A stretch of 25,450 bases of DNA. It comes from Ginkgo biloba. Taxonomy: Eukaryota; Plantae; Ginkgophyta. Within the stretch, counting starts at the first letter, position 1; the number at the start of each line of letters is the position of its first letter. This document shows, piece by piece, positions 11,582 through 23,262 of the stretch. Location: positions 121,626,865 through 121,652,314 of the forward strand of contig JANKJI020000004.1 of NCBI GenBank assembly GCA_024626585.2, in the 5' to 3' direction. The notes below the pieces were generated by a model. It was not told the DNA's origin. It saw only the letters and a program-made list of their open reading frames with translations, and did no database searches. The position numbers and the translations under genes were made by a program.

Positions 11582-14500
11582 ATCCATACTTTTTCCATCT
11601 ACATAAAATGTGTTCAAGAGGACATCATACACATCTGTATTGAACATGTCCACGGGCCCGTACAGTCTTATAGAATAGATTGTCCAATCCGATCATCTGA
11701 AACCAATCGTTCGACGCTGACTATATGACGTCAGACATCCGGCAACCCAAGACGAGACGTTCAAAGCAAACCATCTAACTACTTGAGGTTGAACATTCGA
11801 AACAAGCCATCTAATCCATTATGATGTCTAGGGTAAGATGTCTACTACTAGAGCCAACTTTGTCTAAGTCCTCTACTACTTTGTAGCCTCCTTTCAAAGG
11901 GTTCTTTTTGCTTAGGATCATGTGAAATTGATGTAGAAAAGCATTCTTCCAATCGGTTAAGTCCGTAGTGATATAATTGATCAGCACATCTTCTCATGTC
12001 CGTTGCTGCAAGTGATACAACCTCAACTTGGAACCATTGGCAGGGCCATCCCGTGTTGTTCCATCAAAGTTGGCTAATTATATAAATCCATTCTCAAAAA
12101 TGATAATAATAAGAAAAGGGCCTAACCATTGTATTTTCAACTTGCCTACCTCAATCAACATCTTCCCATTATACTACAACACTTGAGAACCCACATGAAT
12201 GTTTTGCTAAAGAAGATGTCAATCATGCCATTGCCTCCATTTGTTCTGTGCAATCGATATTGCCCATTGCACCATCAATTGTCTCTCATCTAGTAATAAG
12301 AGTTTATCCAATCTAGCTTGCAAACTAGCCTCGTCATCAAGCGAGTTCTCCAATGCCATCTCCAGACATGGAATTACAAATTCAAGAGGCATTACGACCT
12401 CCTGACTATACACCAATTGAAAAGGAGTGTGTCTTGTTGTTACCTTCTAAGCCATGTGGAATGCCCATGCATTCTTGATAATCTGTCGGCCCGATCCTTT
12501 TGATCTACTCCACAAATTCTGTAAAGTGTTGCTACCAACACTTTGTTCGTTGCCTCTACTTGACCATTTGCCCGTGGATAGTTTGGGCTTCACTTTTGAT
12601 GTGAAATTTTGAACTAAATTGTTACATGTTGGATGGCATAACTGAGAAAATGACCACCCCTGTGACTTATCTAATTTCAAGACCAAACCAAATCATGCAA
12701 TGACGCATTCATACAAGAACTCTACAGTGCTTTATGTGAAATTATCCAGAAGAGCCCGCACTTCCACCTATTTCATTAAGTATTTTCTTGCTACTATGAT
12801 GCATTGGCATCAACCTCTCCGAGATGAGTGCTTGACGGGACTAACAAAATCCAAGCCCCAATGTTCAATCAATTCTTACAGCAAAGTTGGGTGCAAAGGC
12901 ATGAAGTCCTTCTTTGATGGCTCCCCTATATGCTGGCAAATATCACATCATTGTGCGAATTGCTTTGTGTCACAAAACACACAAGGCCACCATAATCCAA
13001 CCAACAAAACCTTTTGTGTTGTTAAATCATGGTTGACGTGCCCTCTAAAGGGACCAGCATGTGCCTCCCTTATTGTTGCCTACACTTCGTCGGGCATGAT
13101 GCATCTTCATACAACTTGTTTGGGGCCCATTTTATACAAAGCCCCACCAATTAATTATAAAAGACCTAACTGCTTAACAATCTCTTTCCTTAGCTCATGA
13201 GCATTGATTCCGAGAATGTCCCTATCGACAAATATTCTACAATGCTTTGGTACCACTTTGGGGCAACTGTCACACAAAATAATTGTGCATTGGGAAAATC
13301 ATCTTTTACCCCTGTCAAAGGTTCTCTTGTTTGTAATCAAAATAGGTGGCCTACTGCTACATGTGTCTTGCATGGCTTCACCACCACCCAAAAGTTGAAC
13401 TCTTGCAAGAACAAAATCCAACGATTAATTCTTCCATGAATTACTAGTTTATTGACCAAATACAATAAGGCTTGATGATCCACAAAAACACAAAGGTATT
13501 GTTCAATAGATAATGACGAAACTTCTAAACTAAATCAATCATGCCTAATCCTTCTCACTCTGTTGTACTGCAATTTTTTCTACATCATTCAGTCAATGAC
13601 TAGCAAAACAAATACAGTGGTCCAACTTATTTAGACCTTCTTGTGCCAAGGTACAACCGATAGCAAATTAGGATACATCTACATGTATGTTCAATTCTTT
13701 GTCTTAGTTAGGAAAAGTAAGGATAGGAGCATTTACCAATTGAAGCTTCAATTCCTCAAATGCTTGTTGGTGGACTGGTCCCCAAGTGACAATGACTCCA
13801 TTTCACAACAACTCATCTAAAGGATGTGCTATCTTTCCAAAATTCTTTATGAATCTTTGATAGTATCCCACACGCCCTAAAAATGATCTTACTCCTTTTC
13901 AGTTGCGCGGTTGCTCCATAATTAAAATTACTCGAATTTTGTCAAGGTCTATTTTCAATCCCCATGCACACACTATATGCCCAAGAAACTAGATATCAAG
14001 AACCAATATTTTCTCAAACTCAGCACAAGCCATGCTCTTTGACGGATATCCATGCATCCCTTTACTGCTTGCAAGTGATTTGGTACTTCAACATATATCG
14101 ACCAATCATCTAGGAATACTTTCATCCTCCCAATTGATAATTTTTCGAACAGGTGTAAAATTATCCTCTGAAAGGTTGTTGGGGATTGCATAAACCAAAT
14201 GGCATTTTGTTGTATGTATCAATGCCATATTCTAACACAGATGTGGTCTTCAATTTAACCTCTTCAGAAATGTTGATCTGGTTGTATCCTGAAAGTCCAT
14301 CATGAAACGAATAAATCTAGTGCCCTACAACCTCTTGCAAAATACTATCCATGAACGGTATTGCGAAGGGATCCTTATTAGTGACCGCCTTCAATTTTTG
14401 GAAATCCACACAACTACACAACTTGCCATTCTTCTTTGGGGAGATTACAATGGGAAAAACACAATCGCTAGTACTCACCTTGAAAATTACTTCTGTGTCC

Positions 14501-14830
14501 AACATCTTCATTATCTCCTGCACCACTTGCATTGCATACTTTGTGTTCATGAGATACAGTGATCACTTGATTGGCTTGGTGTTTGGGAAAAGCTCAATTC
14601 GATGCTCGCACAACTCCTAAGGGACTCCCTTCAAATTGTGGTAAGTCCATGCGAAAACATCTTTGTATCATTTGAAAATACGAATGGTTGTGGCAATGAG
14701 AGTTGGGTCCTAGGAGCTTCCGATTATGATTTTCTTTGGATATTCATTTGTCCCCAAATTAGCCTCCATAGTTGTTAGACCTTCATATTGAATTTCTCCT
14801 TGTTGGAGAAAGAATGAGCCCCTACCATCT
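11582..14830 (-). mobile_element. Degenerate non-chromoviral Ty3/Gypsy pol (RT-RNaseH-integrase) with probable PPT and 3' LTR start near 11880
   Basis: Minus-strand motifs in Gypsy order: YKDVFAWTY..LKG.P..LCEHRI; PIVISPKKNGKLCSCVDFQKLK; YSFHDGLSGYNQI; MPFGLCN; VFLDDW; RNaseH HVDVS.FAIG…KFRHYL…VDHQAL; integrase H..H/CDICQ; WGLDF; HPRANGQVEATNK; KIQWLGPF; NGSKLRLY. Many stops and frameshifts. No chromodomain seen. Confidence 0.92.
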
Positions 14831-15135
14831 CCATTTGTTCTCTCCAAATTGGATCTCTAAGAAATGCGGCGGATAAGCATTTGTTTTTCTACATTCTCCT
14901 TCTCCTTGCTCTTGCTTNNNNNNNNNNNNNNNNNNNNNNNNNNNNNNNNNNNNNNNNNNNNNNNNNNNNNNNNNNNNNNNNNNNNNNNNNNNNNNNNNNN
15001 NNNNNNNNNNNNNNNNNGTATTGAATATGATTATTTGACTAAAGTCACCTCACTTTCTCTTGCTTTCTTCATTAAAGATGCAGGTCTAATGAGGTTGTTT
15101 TTGTAGGGGTAGGGGAGCAAGTTGCTACATAGCAT

Positions 15136-17161
15136 GCATGAAGTAAGGAGTTTTCTTGGTATAGCAAATTTTTACAAAAGGTATGTGCCACACCTTTCGA
15201 AGACAACAACTTCTCTAACATAATTGCTTAAAATGTCCAAGAGACTTGTATGGATAGAAAAGCAACAAGCTTACTTCAATATCTTGAAGCAAAAGTTGAC
15301 TGAAGTACCCATGTTCCTGCTACCAGATATGGCAAGATCATTCACCATGTACACAGATCCTAGTGGGGTGGCTATTGGAGTTGTCTTAACCCAAGATGAA
15401 AAAGTGGTGGCTTATGAAGGTAGAAAAACAAATGATGTTGAGAGACAGTATACTATATATCACAAAAAACCGTTGGCAATCATTCATGCAATAAAAATAT
15501 GGAAGCACTACTTGAAGAACAATGACTTAGAGGTAGTGACAAATCATAAGCCGTTGTTATCTTCACATCAAAAGCAAACTTGGGGTCAAGACAATATAGA
15601 TTGTCTATGATATTTGAAGAGTTTATGCCCAAATTAACTTACAAAGTTGAAAAGGAAAATATTATGGTTTATGCACTTTCAAAAATGCTACAAGCCAATA
15701 ATGTGCCAATGATGCAAGGATCATTAAGGGGTGAGATCCAAAAGGCTCAAAGGCATGACAAATGGTGCCAAGATGTGAAGGCAACTTTGGAATATGGGGA
15801 ACATCTCTTAATACTTGCTAATTAAGGATGATACCCTATGGTATGGAGATTGGATTGTAGTTCCTAATGTTGTTGAGCTAAAGTATAAGATACTCTGTGA
15901 GATGCATGACAACCCCTTTGCAACCCGTGTGGGTAGAGACAAGACATATGAGGCCAACAAAAAGTATATATATTAGAACATGAAAAATGAGATGGGTGAT
16001 TATGTCAGCATATGTGAACTATGTCAAGTGAGTAAGGCAGAAAGAGAGCAACCAGTGGGGTTGCTAATGCCACTACTCATTGGCAAGTGGGAGTGTACAT
16101 CCATGGGCCTTGTGACATCTCTACCAAGAACGTGAAGGCAACATGATTAGACTCAAGTGGTTGTGAGTCATCTCACAAAAATGGCCAAATTTATCCCTTG
16201 TACAATGATGCATAAAGGTAAGGACATAGTTGAAATCTTAATAGCTAAACTATTTACTAAGTACAAGGTACCAAAGAGCATTGTGAACATCAAGATACCA
16301 AGTTCATGAGCCATTTGTGGAAGGATTTCTTCCAAAATTTAAGCATACAACTAAATTTCAGTAACAAGAAGTATCCTCACAATGATGGAGAGACTAAGAG
16401 AATAAATCAAATTATGGAGGATATGTTGAGGCCAAATGTAATGACTAAGCAGACCAATTCAAAGGAGAAATTTTGCTTTGTAGAGTTCGTATTTAATAAC
16501 AATAAGCATAAGGCTAAGGCATGATGTCTTCTAAGGCCATGTATGGTTATGAATCACTGATCCCATTACACTTGGACTTGAAGAATTTCAAGGGGAAGAC
16601 TCAAGTATAACTGGAAATGCTTGAGCAATGTAAGAAGAGTTGAGACAATGACAAAGGAATATAGAAAATGCATAAGCATGTGCGAAGTTGTATGTGAACC
16701 AACATAAATTGTTGAGATCATTTGAGGTGGGAGACATGGTATACTTGAGAGTACAGACAAATAGTTCCTTATCTACAGGAAGTTGTGCAAAGCTCTCACC
16801 TCAGTATTGTGGCCCATTCTAAGTCACGAAAAAAGATAAATGAAGCAACTTACAAGATGTAGTTACCAACACATGTGAAATGCACAATGTTCCATGTGAG
16901 TTTTCTTGAGAAAGCCCCATCAAGATTTGACAATGTAATGCCTACTTTTGTAGATACACAAGAATTAGAGCAAGAGGTGCATAATCCAATTGCAATATTT
17001 GATGAAAGAAGCAAAAAGTTTTGAGATAAGAATCAAGAAATATTTTGTGNNNNNNNNNNNNNNNNNNNNNNNNNNNNNNNNNNNNNNNNNNNNNNNNNNN
17101 NCAAATTCATGAGAGAAACTAGCCTCATTAAGGACAATGATCTCTACAAAGTTGGCACAAA
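15136..17161 (+). mobile_element. Degenerate Ty3/Gypsy chromovirus pol, 5'-truncated (RT thumb, RNaseH, integrase, chromodomain)
   Basis: EVRSFLGIANFYKRYV; YTDPSGVAIGVVLTQ; AIIHAIKIWKHYL; HDNPF…CELCQ; YPHNDGETKRINQIMEDMLR; KLSPQYCGPF; HNPIAIFDERSKK. Many stops and frameshifts. Confidence 0.92.
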
Positions 17162-18086
17162 TGTTAAGAGTTAGTTAATCCAGGCAACTTTTACCTTGAA
17201 GTAGGGGAAAAACATTAAGTCATCAATTCATTTGCATTACAACTTCAAATAGCATCGCCTAAAAAGTCATAATTAAAAGAAAGAAAAGAAATTAAAGGCC
17301 CAAAAGTTAGACCCTAGTAGGGGACCTCCAATAGAAAATTAACAAATGGGAAACAACTCCATAGAAGAGCAATTGAAGTTAGGGCAAATCCAACAAGAAT
17401 TCTCACTATTCTCTAAAGGTTTGATAGCCCAAAATTGGTAAAAATGAGAAGGCTTCCTTGAGCTTGGGCAATTCCCTATTCTTGGCTCTATTCTCTAGCA
17501 TTGGACTCCTTTCTCTCTCCTTTGGCTTCAACCTGTATTCCTTTATTTGGCACTCTACTTTAGGGTATATTTTTCTAATCCAAAGTAGCTTTTAGCAACC
17601 AAACTGGTGACACCAAAGGTATAATCACTTTTCTATTGTTGGGCATTGTTATCCTAGGGTTAGTGTCTTCATTATTACTGCAAAGCACCAGACTACCCCA
17701 GAAGGTGACATAGCATCCTTTGAGACTATGCCCTCATTTCAAATGTTGTTCTAACCTGGTCGTTGTTTATTATTGGGGGCATTGCACTTTCAAACCCTGT
17801 TTGCTAACTTTTCCATCTATGGCTACACCCAACATCATCATACAAAGCATTTTGATCAAGTGGGTCCCCAAAATTGGTGAGTATTCTAAAACCCTATTTC
17901 TACAAATCATATTTTTAGGTATTGTCATAAGTTGATATAAATTGTTTATGCCATGTTTGATGCATAATTTGGAAAAATATAGTAGGCATCTCTTTTCAAA
18001 GATTTTTCATGGTAGATATAATGATATAAATGTTATTTATGGTGTATGGATGAAATAATTGAAGGAAACCCTTCTTTTGCCATGCA
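17162..18086 (+). mobile_element. 3' LTR of the chromovirus
   Basis: Starts TGTTA after GGACAATGATCTC plus a decayed PPT, the same context as 2843-2872. Patchy similarity to 2873-3903 (GGCCC…TAGGG..CCTCCAAT; AAGGTGAC; GGTGT…GGAAA…TTTGC…CA). The right end is approximate. Confidence 0.65.
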
Positions 18087-18233
18087 GACCAAATTTNNNN
18101 NNNNNNNNNNNNNNNNNNNNNNNNNNNNNNNNNNGGCTTTGCAATCAATATTGGGGGATTACATTACTTCATTCTCCCTTTTATTTTGCATGCATTTATA
18201 GGCTTATACTGGCAAGGAGTTGCAATATACACA

Positions 18234-18500
18234 ATGGCTATCAGGTTGAAAGGATACCCCATAGTTTGTTAACCCTCATGATGGGTAGTATGGTTATCAG
18301 GTTGAAAGGATATGCCATATTTGGTTAGCCTTCATAATAGATGGTATGGCTATCGGGTTGAAAGGATATCCCTTTATTCTATTAGCCATACAAGTTGAAA
18401 TAGATCCAAAGTGACCATTGGGTTGAAAGGATGCCCATAGAACTATCAATAACATGGTAGCATGAATTTTATATAAATAGATTGGAAAGATGCCCATAGA
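18234..18500. repeat. Degenerate minisatellite, about 56-bp unit, core GGTTGAAAGGAT, about 5 copies
   Basis: Units start at 18234, 18290 and 18346 (period 56), with more diverged cores at 18421 and 18481. Confidence 0.88.
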
Positions 18501-18501
18501 A

Positions 18502-20283
18502 GGGTATCAGAACTTTAATATAAATAAATATTGTTAGTTAAGGGTGGAAACCTACTAAAGGTATTCTTAGTGCCAAAAAAGGGTTAAAAAGATACCTATG
18601 ACCTAGCACCCTTATTGACGTCAGTTGAAGGGATGGAGTGCAACAAATCAATAATAGTTGCTAGGCACTAACAATGTGCACGGGGATGTGGATGGAGGTT
18701 TGGTTGCCAAGGTAATAAGCACTTTAGGTCATCCCTAAGGACTATAGCAGATGATCAGTGCCCATGTCACCATCCCATAGTACTAAGAGTCCTATCCTTA
18801 TGCCATATGACATCTACATGCTCTATTTGTATGCATCTGAAATGAATGAATAAATATATGGATTTCATAAACAACATAGGGGAAGAATGAAGGGAATATC
18901 TCATCGAGACAATTGTATTTATTTTGGTAAATTTGCTCTTCAGGCACCTAAACTTGTATATGTTGCATGTTTGAAGTGTTCTTTGGTATAAGGGTGGGCT
19001 ATTACCAGATGAAAACTCTCTCAACTGAGTTTTTTTACCTTAGCTTTTATGTTCTTCCTATAATCTACCCAAGTGAAATCAATTTTGCTACAGTGGCCAA
19101 ATGAAAACAAAAGCAGCAAAAAAGCAATAAAATATTAGAATTTGAACTTAGACATTGAGGAAGTCACAACATGAAGATCTTCTGGATGGAACTCCTAAGG
19201 AAACCTCATCACAAACATAATAAAAGCAAGTAGAAAATGCAATATAATGAGAGATTATGAACATACAAAAAAAGACAGAAGTGTGGGTATAAGAACTTAA
19301 TATAAATGCATATGGTCAATTAAGGGTGGAACCCGACCAAAAATATTCGTGGTGCCAAAAAGGGTTGAAGGAGTACCTATGGACTAACACTCTTATTGAC
19401 GTCGAGTGAAGGGATGGAGTCCAACAAATCAATAATAGTTGCCAGGCACTAACAGTGTGCATGAAGATGTGAACAGAGGTTTAGTTGCCAATGTAATAAG
19501 CACTTTAGGTCATCCCTAAGGCCTACAATAGATGCTCAATCCCCATGTCACCATCCCATAGTACTAACAATCCTATCCTTATGACCTCTGACATCTACAT
19601 GCTTAATTTATATGCATCTTAAATGACTATGAATAAATATCTGAATATATGTTCCATGATTGAAGTGTTCTTTGTTGGTATAATGGTGGGCTCTTACAAA
19701 TGAACACTCTCTCAAATGATTTTCTTTTTCTTGGTTTTAATGCTCTTCCTATAATCTTCCCCAGTGAATTAAATTTTTGCTGCAGCGGCCAGATGACAAC
19801 AAAGCAACACAAAACCAATAAAATATTAGAGTTTGAACACAGATGTTGAGGAAGTCACAGTCTAAAGATAGGCACAATCTTCTAGATGGAACTCCTAACA
19901 AAACCTTAGCACAAGCATAACAAAAGAACATAGAAAATATGTTACAATTATGACAATTCACAACTCTGATACCACATTGCAAATAAGAAACACATAAGAC
20001 AAACATATTACGAAATATATTCAACAATTGCTCTCACTCGTAATTACATGATATCACTTAATATTACACGGCACATTGCAAATACATGGCATGATACATC
20101 ATGTATTTATAATGACATTACACCTTCATTGCTTACAACCGACACATCTCCCAACTTGACACAAAACCCAACATGCCACAATATTTAACAAACCCTAGTA
20201 AATCTAGAAGTGTAACTATAATTCTAACAAAATACAACATAATGAGAGAGTATGAACAATACAAAAAAGGACAAAAATGTGCA
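18502..20283. repeat. Tandem duplication of a ~780-bp unit (18502-19284; 19285-20283, interrupted)
   Basis: Long shared blocks such as GTAATAAGCACTTTAGGTCATCCCTAAGG, CCCATGTCACCATCCCATAGTACTAA and CAACAAATCAATAATAGTTG. Copy 2 lacks about 100 bp and carries the 290-bp insertion. Confidence 0.93.
19940..20229. mobile_element. 290-bp solo-LTR-like insertion with 5-bp TSD
   Basis: TG…CA termini with an 11/12 inverted repeat (TGTTACAATTAT / ATAATTCTAACA). TSD AAATA at 19935-19939 and 20230-20234. The empty site is visible in the sister repeat copy near 19231-19250. Confidence 0.88.
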
Positions 20284-20919
20284 TCCAAGGGGCATTTACT
20301 AGCACTCACAAAAAGAGTCTTTCCCATGTGTTGAGTAGAGTGAAGCCAACAAAGGTTACACGTCTTTCTGCCTCTGAGTGCTGTACATGTTAACCTTACA
20401 GAGAGAAATGCTCAGACCAGCTTTGTGATGTATCTTCCCTGGTTCATGCCCAGTACCAAAAACTACTCAAAACAAACTCGAAAGCTGATCCATATCACTC
20501 ACCCTCGCTCTAATCAATAGTCAACTTTTACAAGCCCTCCAAACAAAACATGCAGTATCTCACAACTCATAACAAGACCTTTCCCAAATCCTTTAAAGCA
20601 ATCCCCTCTTTCACTTGCAACTATATTNNNNNNNNNNNNNAAAGCCCTGGAGCAGAAAATGCACAAGGCAATAAATATGTTAATGGAAGTCTTTTCTGAA
20701 CAGGCAATTGCTTGGGCCAGGGACGTCAACATTACAAATGAATTCTTCTTGAAAATCAGACTTATCAATACCTAAATACCTATTGATCACTAGGTTCCAA
20801 AGATTCTGTACAGTCTTCAATTTATGTTCATTCATGTGCTATAATAACCACACATTGTCCTTGGTAAACAAGCACACATACATCAAAGCAAGAAATAAAG
20901 GTGAAGGGAGAGAACATAC

Positions 20920-22640
20920 AAGCTCATGGACCAGAGATAGAGTGATTCTTTGCCCCAGTAGACTCAGCTGATCAAGCATTGTCTCTGCATCTCGAAGAGA
21001 ACCATCAGACTTCATGGCTATTAAGTCCAGTGCATCTGTGTCAACATCTAAATTTTCTTCTACTGCAAGCTTCTGCAGCCTGCTGACAATTTCAGACTCC
21101 TTAATCTTGGGAAAAAGGTATTTTTGACACCTTGATACAGCAGTACGAGGTAGCTTATCTGGATCAGTAGTGATAAATATGAAGACAACATGTCCAGGTG
21201 GTTCCTCTAGACTCTTTAGGAGAGCAGTCCATGTTTCACATACCAACATATGGCACTCATCGATAATGAAGATTTTGAACCGTGAGAACGATGGAGCTGA
21301 AGCAACATTTTTGAGGAGTGCTTTGACTCTCTCCATTCCATTACTACTGGTAGCATCCACTTCTCTCACATCCACACTCTTTCCCGAGGCAAAAGCCGTG
21401 CATTCTCTACAGAATCCACATGGCCTGAGTTCCTCAAGAGAGAGACAATTCAAAGCTGCTGCAAATATTCTGGCAGTCGATGTCTTCCCTGTACCACGAG
21501 GACCTTGAAAGAGATACACTGGGGCAACTTTCCCTTTCAAAACAGCATTAACGAGAGATTGCACAACCATGTTTTGTCCCACCATTTCATCAAAGGCTCT
21601 TGGCCTGTATTTCTGACTCAAACTTCTGTGCGTGTCTGCATAGACTGTTAGTTCTCTACTTTCAGATGTTAAAGCAAGTTCAAGTTTTTCTCGCCTTCTG
21701 TGCCTTGATATCCTCCTACCCAATTCAGCATCGTCCTCCAAAAAAAGCTCTCCAAAATCATCATAGGGTTCATCACTACCATCCTCTCCTGATAATTCAG
21801 CACTCTCACCTTCATCAGTCAATAATGGCAGAGCTTCCATATCAAAGTTCAACTTATGCACTGACCTCTTGGAGTTACAAGCATGCAATGTTGAATCTTT
21901 CAGTGAGCAGGTTTTGTTTCTTGAGGGCATATTGCCACCTTTCCTCCTCACAGTATCAGCTAGGCCATGGGGTAGACTCCATCCTGCACAATCCAGGAAA
22001 CTTTTGCTTCTATGTTTTGGAGTTCTGGACCAATAGCAAGGGATTCCACATCCGTGTCGAGGTACATCCAAGCCATCCATTTCATCATCACCAGAAAATG
22101 CTGTACCATCACAGGAGCCACGCATGCTGGATTTACAATCATCATTCCTGTTGAATGAGCATATTGATGTCGGTGTATGTGAATCATCCTTCTGTCTCCC
22201 TATATATTTTGAAATGCTAGAAGAATGTCTCTTTTTATTGCATTTAGCCTTTTGCTCCCGAGATTTCAGTGCGTCACTCATAAGTAAGGGAGATCCTGAC
22301 TGCGAGGCACAATCCCTGCGCATCCTAGAGAACCCTACGTCATTCTCTCCATTGCAGAAATGTGTTACGGCACAGGGTTCGTCTTCCTCTAAGGAAAGCA
22401 AAGATAATGCTCCTGCAGGAGCTTCATCAGATAACGCAGATGAAAGGGAAGTAATACTCTTTCTTGATACAGAATCTTTTCTACAACTCGATAGTGTTTT
22501 CTTGAATGACCTGCCTCTTCTGCCTTGTTTCATTGTTGTCCTCCTTTCCGCTCCCTGAATTTCAACGCTGTTATGCTCTTCTTCTCTCCCCGAGCCATGA
22601 CTTTCTGATTGATGCCTTCTGAATTGTCCTCGTCTCTCAT
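20920..22640 (-). CDS. STICHEL-like protein (STICHEL-like 2 type), main exon with the AAA+ DNA Pol III gamma/tau-like domain
   Basis: Long open frame with the plant-specific CGIPCYWSRTPKHR block, SLSQKYRP, Walker A GPRGTGKT, Zn module CLSLEELRPCGFCREC, Walker B IIDECH, LLKSLEEPP, SRC finger and SDGSLRDAETMLDQL. Donor CTT|GTATGT at 20920/20919. The 5' boundary is uncertain (TAA immediately upstream of 22662). Confidence 0.95.
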
Positions 22641-22662
22641 TTTTAATATAAATGTTTCCCAT

Positions 22663-23162
22663 TTATATTCTAGGGAATGTCATATGATTTTTAATAATGT
22701 TTAAAACTAGGTTCTTATACCTAGAGGGGATGAAGGATGGATTTTATTGTGGGAGGCTATTATATGAAGAATAATCAAATTTNNNNNNNNNNNNNNNNNN
22801 NNNNNNNNNNNNNNNNNNNNNNNNNNNNNNNNNNNNNNNNNNNNNNNNNNNNNNNNNNNNNNNNNNNNNNNNNNNNNNNNNNNNNNNNNNNNNNNNNNCA
22901 TGTGATTGAGTGTATGGAGGAGTACAAAACTAGAGGAGCTAGAGTTAGATCCAAAATTTAGTGGGTGAAGGAAGGGGATGAGCCTTCCAAGTTATTCTTT
23001 GAATTTCTTAAAATTAAGAATGATTCCAAGAGGATATTAGGTCTCAAATGATCATATGGCTTTCTCATAGAATATTTATAAAAAAATTAGAACTTATTTG
23101 GCCTATACTTTTGGAATATTTTTTCTAAGTACATTTGTTTAAATAAAGTATTAAGGTAGTTA
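22663..23162 (+). mobile_element. Decayed, internally deleted LINE (L1/Tx1-like) ORF2 remnant, antisense to the host gene
   Basis: Collinear motifs: IVGGYYM (cf. endonuclease GGDFN, about 22746); KTRGARVRSKI*WVKEGDEPSKLFF (22926-23000, cf. W..EGD..TKFF); GFLIEY/…ELIWPILLEYF (about 23058-23123, cf. PGPDG…EFYK.FW..IGP.L). Confidence 0.75.
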
Positions 23163-23262
23163 NNNNNNNNNNNNNNNNNNNNNNNNNNNNNNNNNNNNNN
23201 NNNNNNNNNNNNNNNNNNNNNNNNNNNNNNNNNNNNNNNNNNNNNNNNNNNNNNNNNNNNNN

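Noticed and set aside
2873-18086. One giant LTR element capturing the gene's 3' exons between two related LTRs
   Set aside because: Both LTRs are preceded by their own chromodomain and PPT region, so both are 3' LTRs, and they are highly diverged.
18234-18500. CRISPR-like array
   Set aside because: The 'spacers' resemble each other, the repeats decay, there are no cas genes, and the locus is eukaryotic.
21170-22558. Plus-strand ORFs of 112, 184 and 144 aa
   Set aside because: Antisense shadows of the STICHEL exon with no independent motifs.
20839-22662. Bacterial dnaX or contamination, or a standalone 607-aa gene
   Set aside because: It has plant-specific flanking blocks, GT-AG introns and a plant TE context. 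Both ORF ends are intronic read-through.
23087-23162. The ORF tail LEKIFQKYRPNKF looks like a second QKYRP clamp-loader motif
   Set aside because: It is the antisense reading of the LINE motif (ELIWPILLEYF), lies beyond an N gap and ends in a stop. Most likely coincidence.
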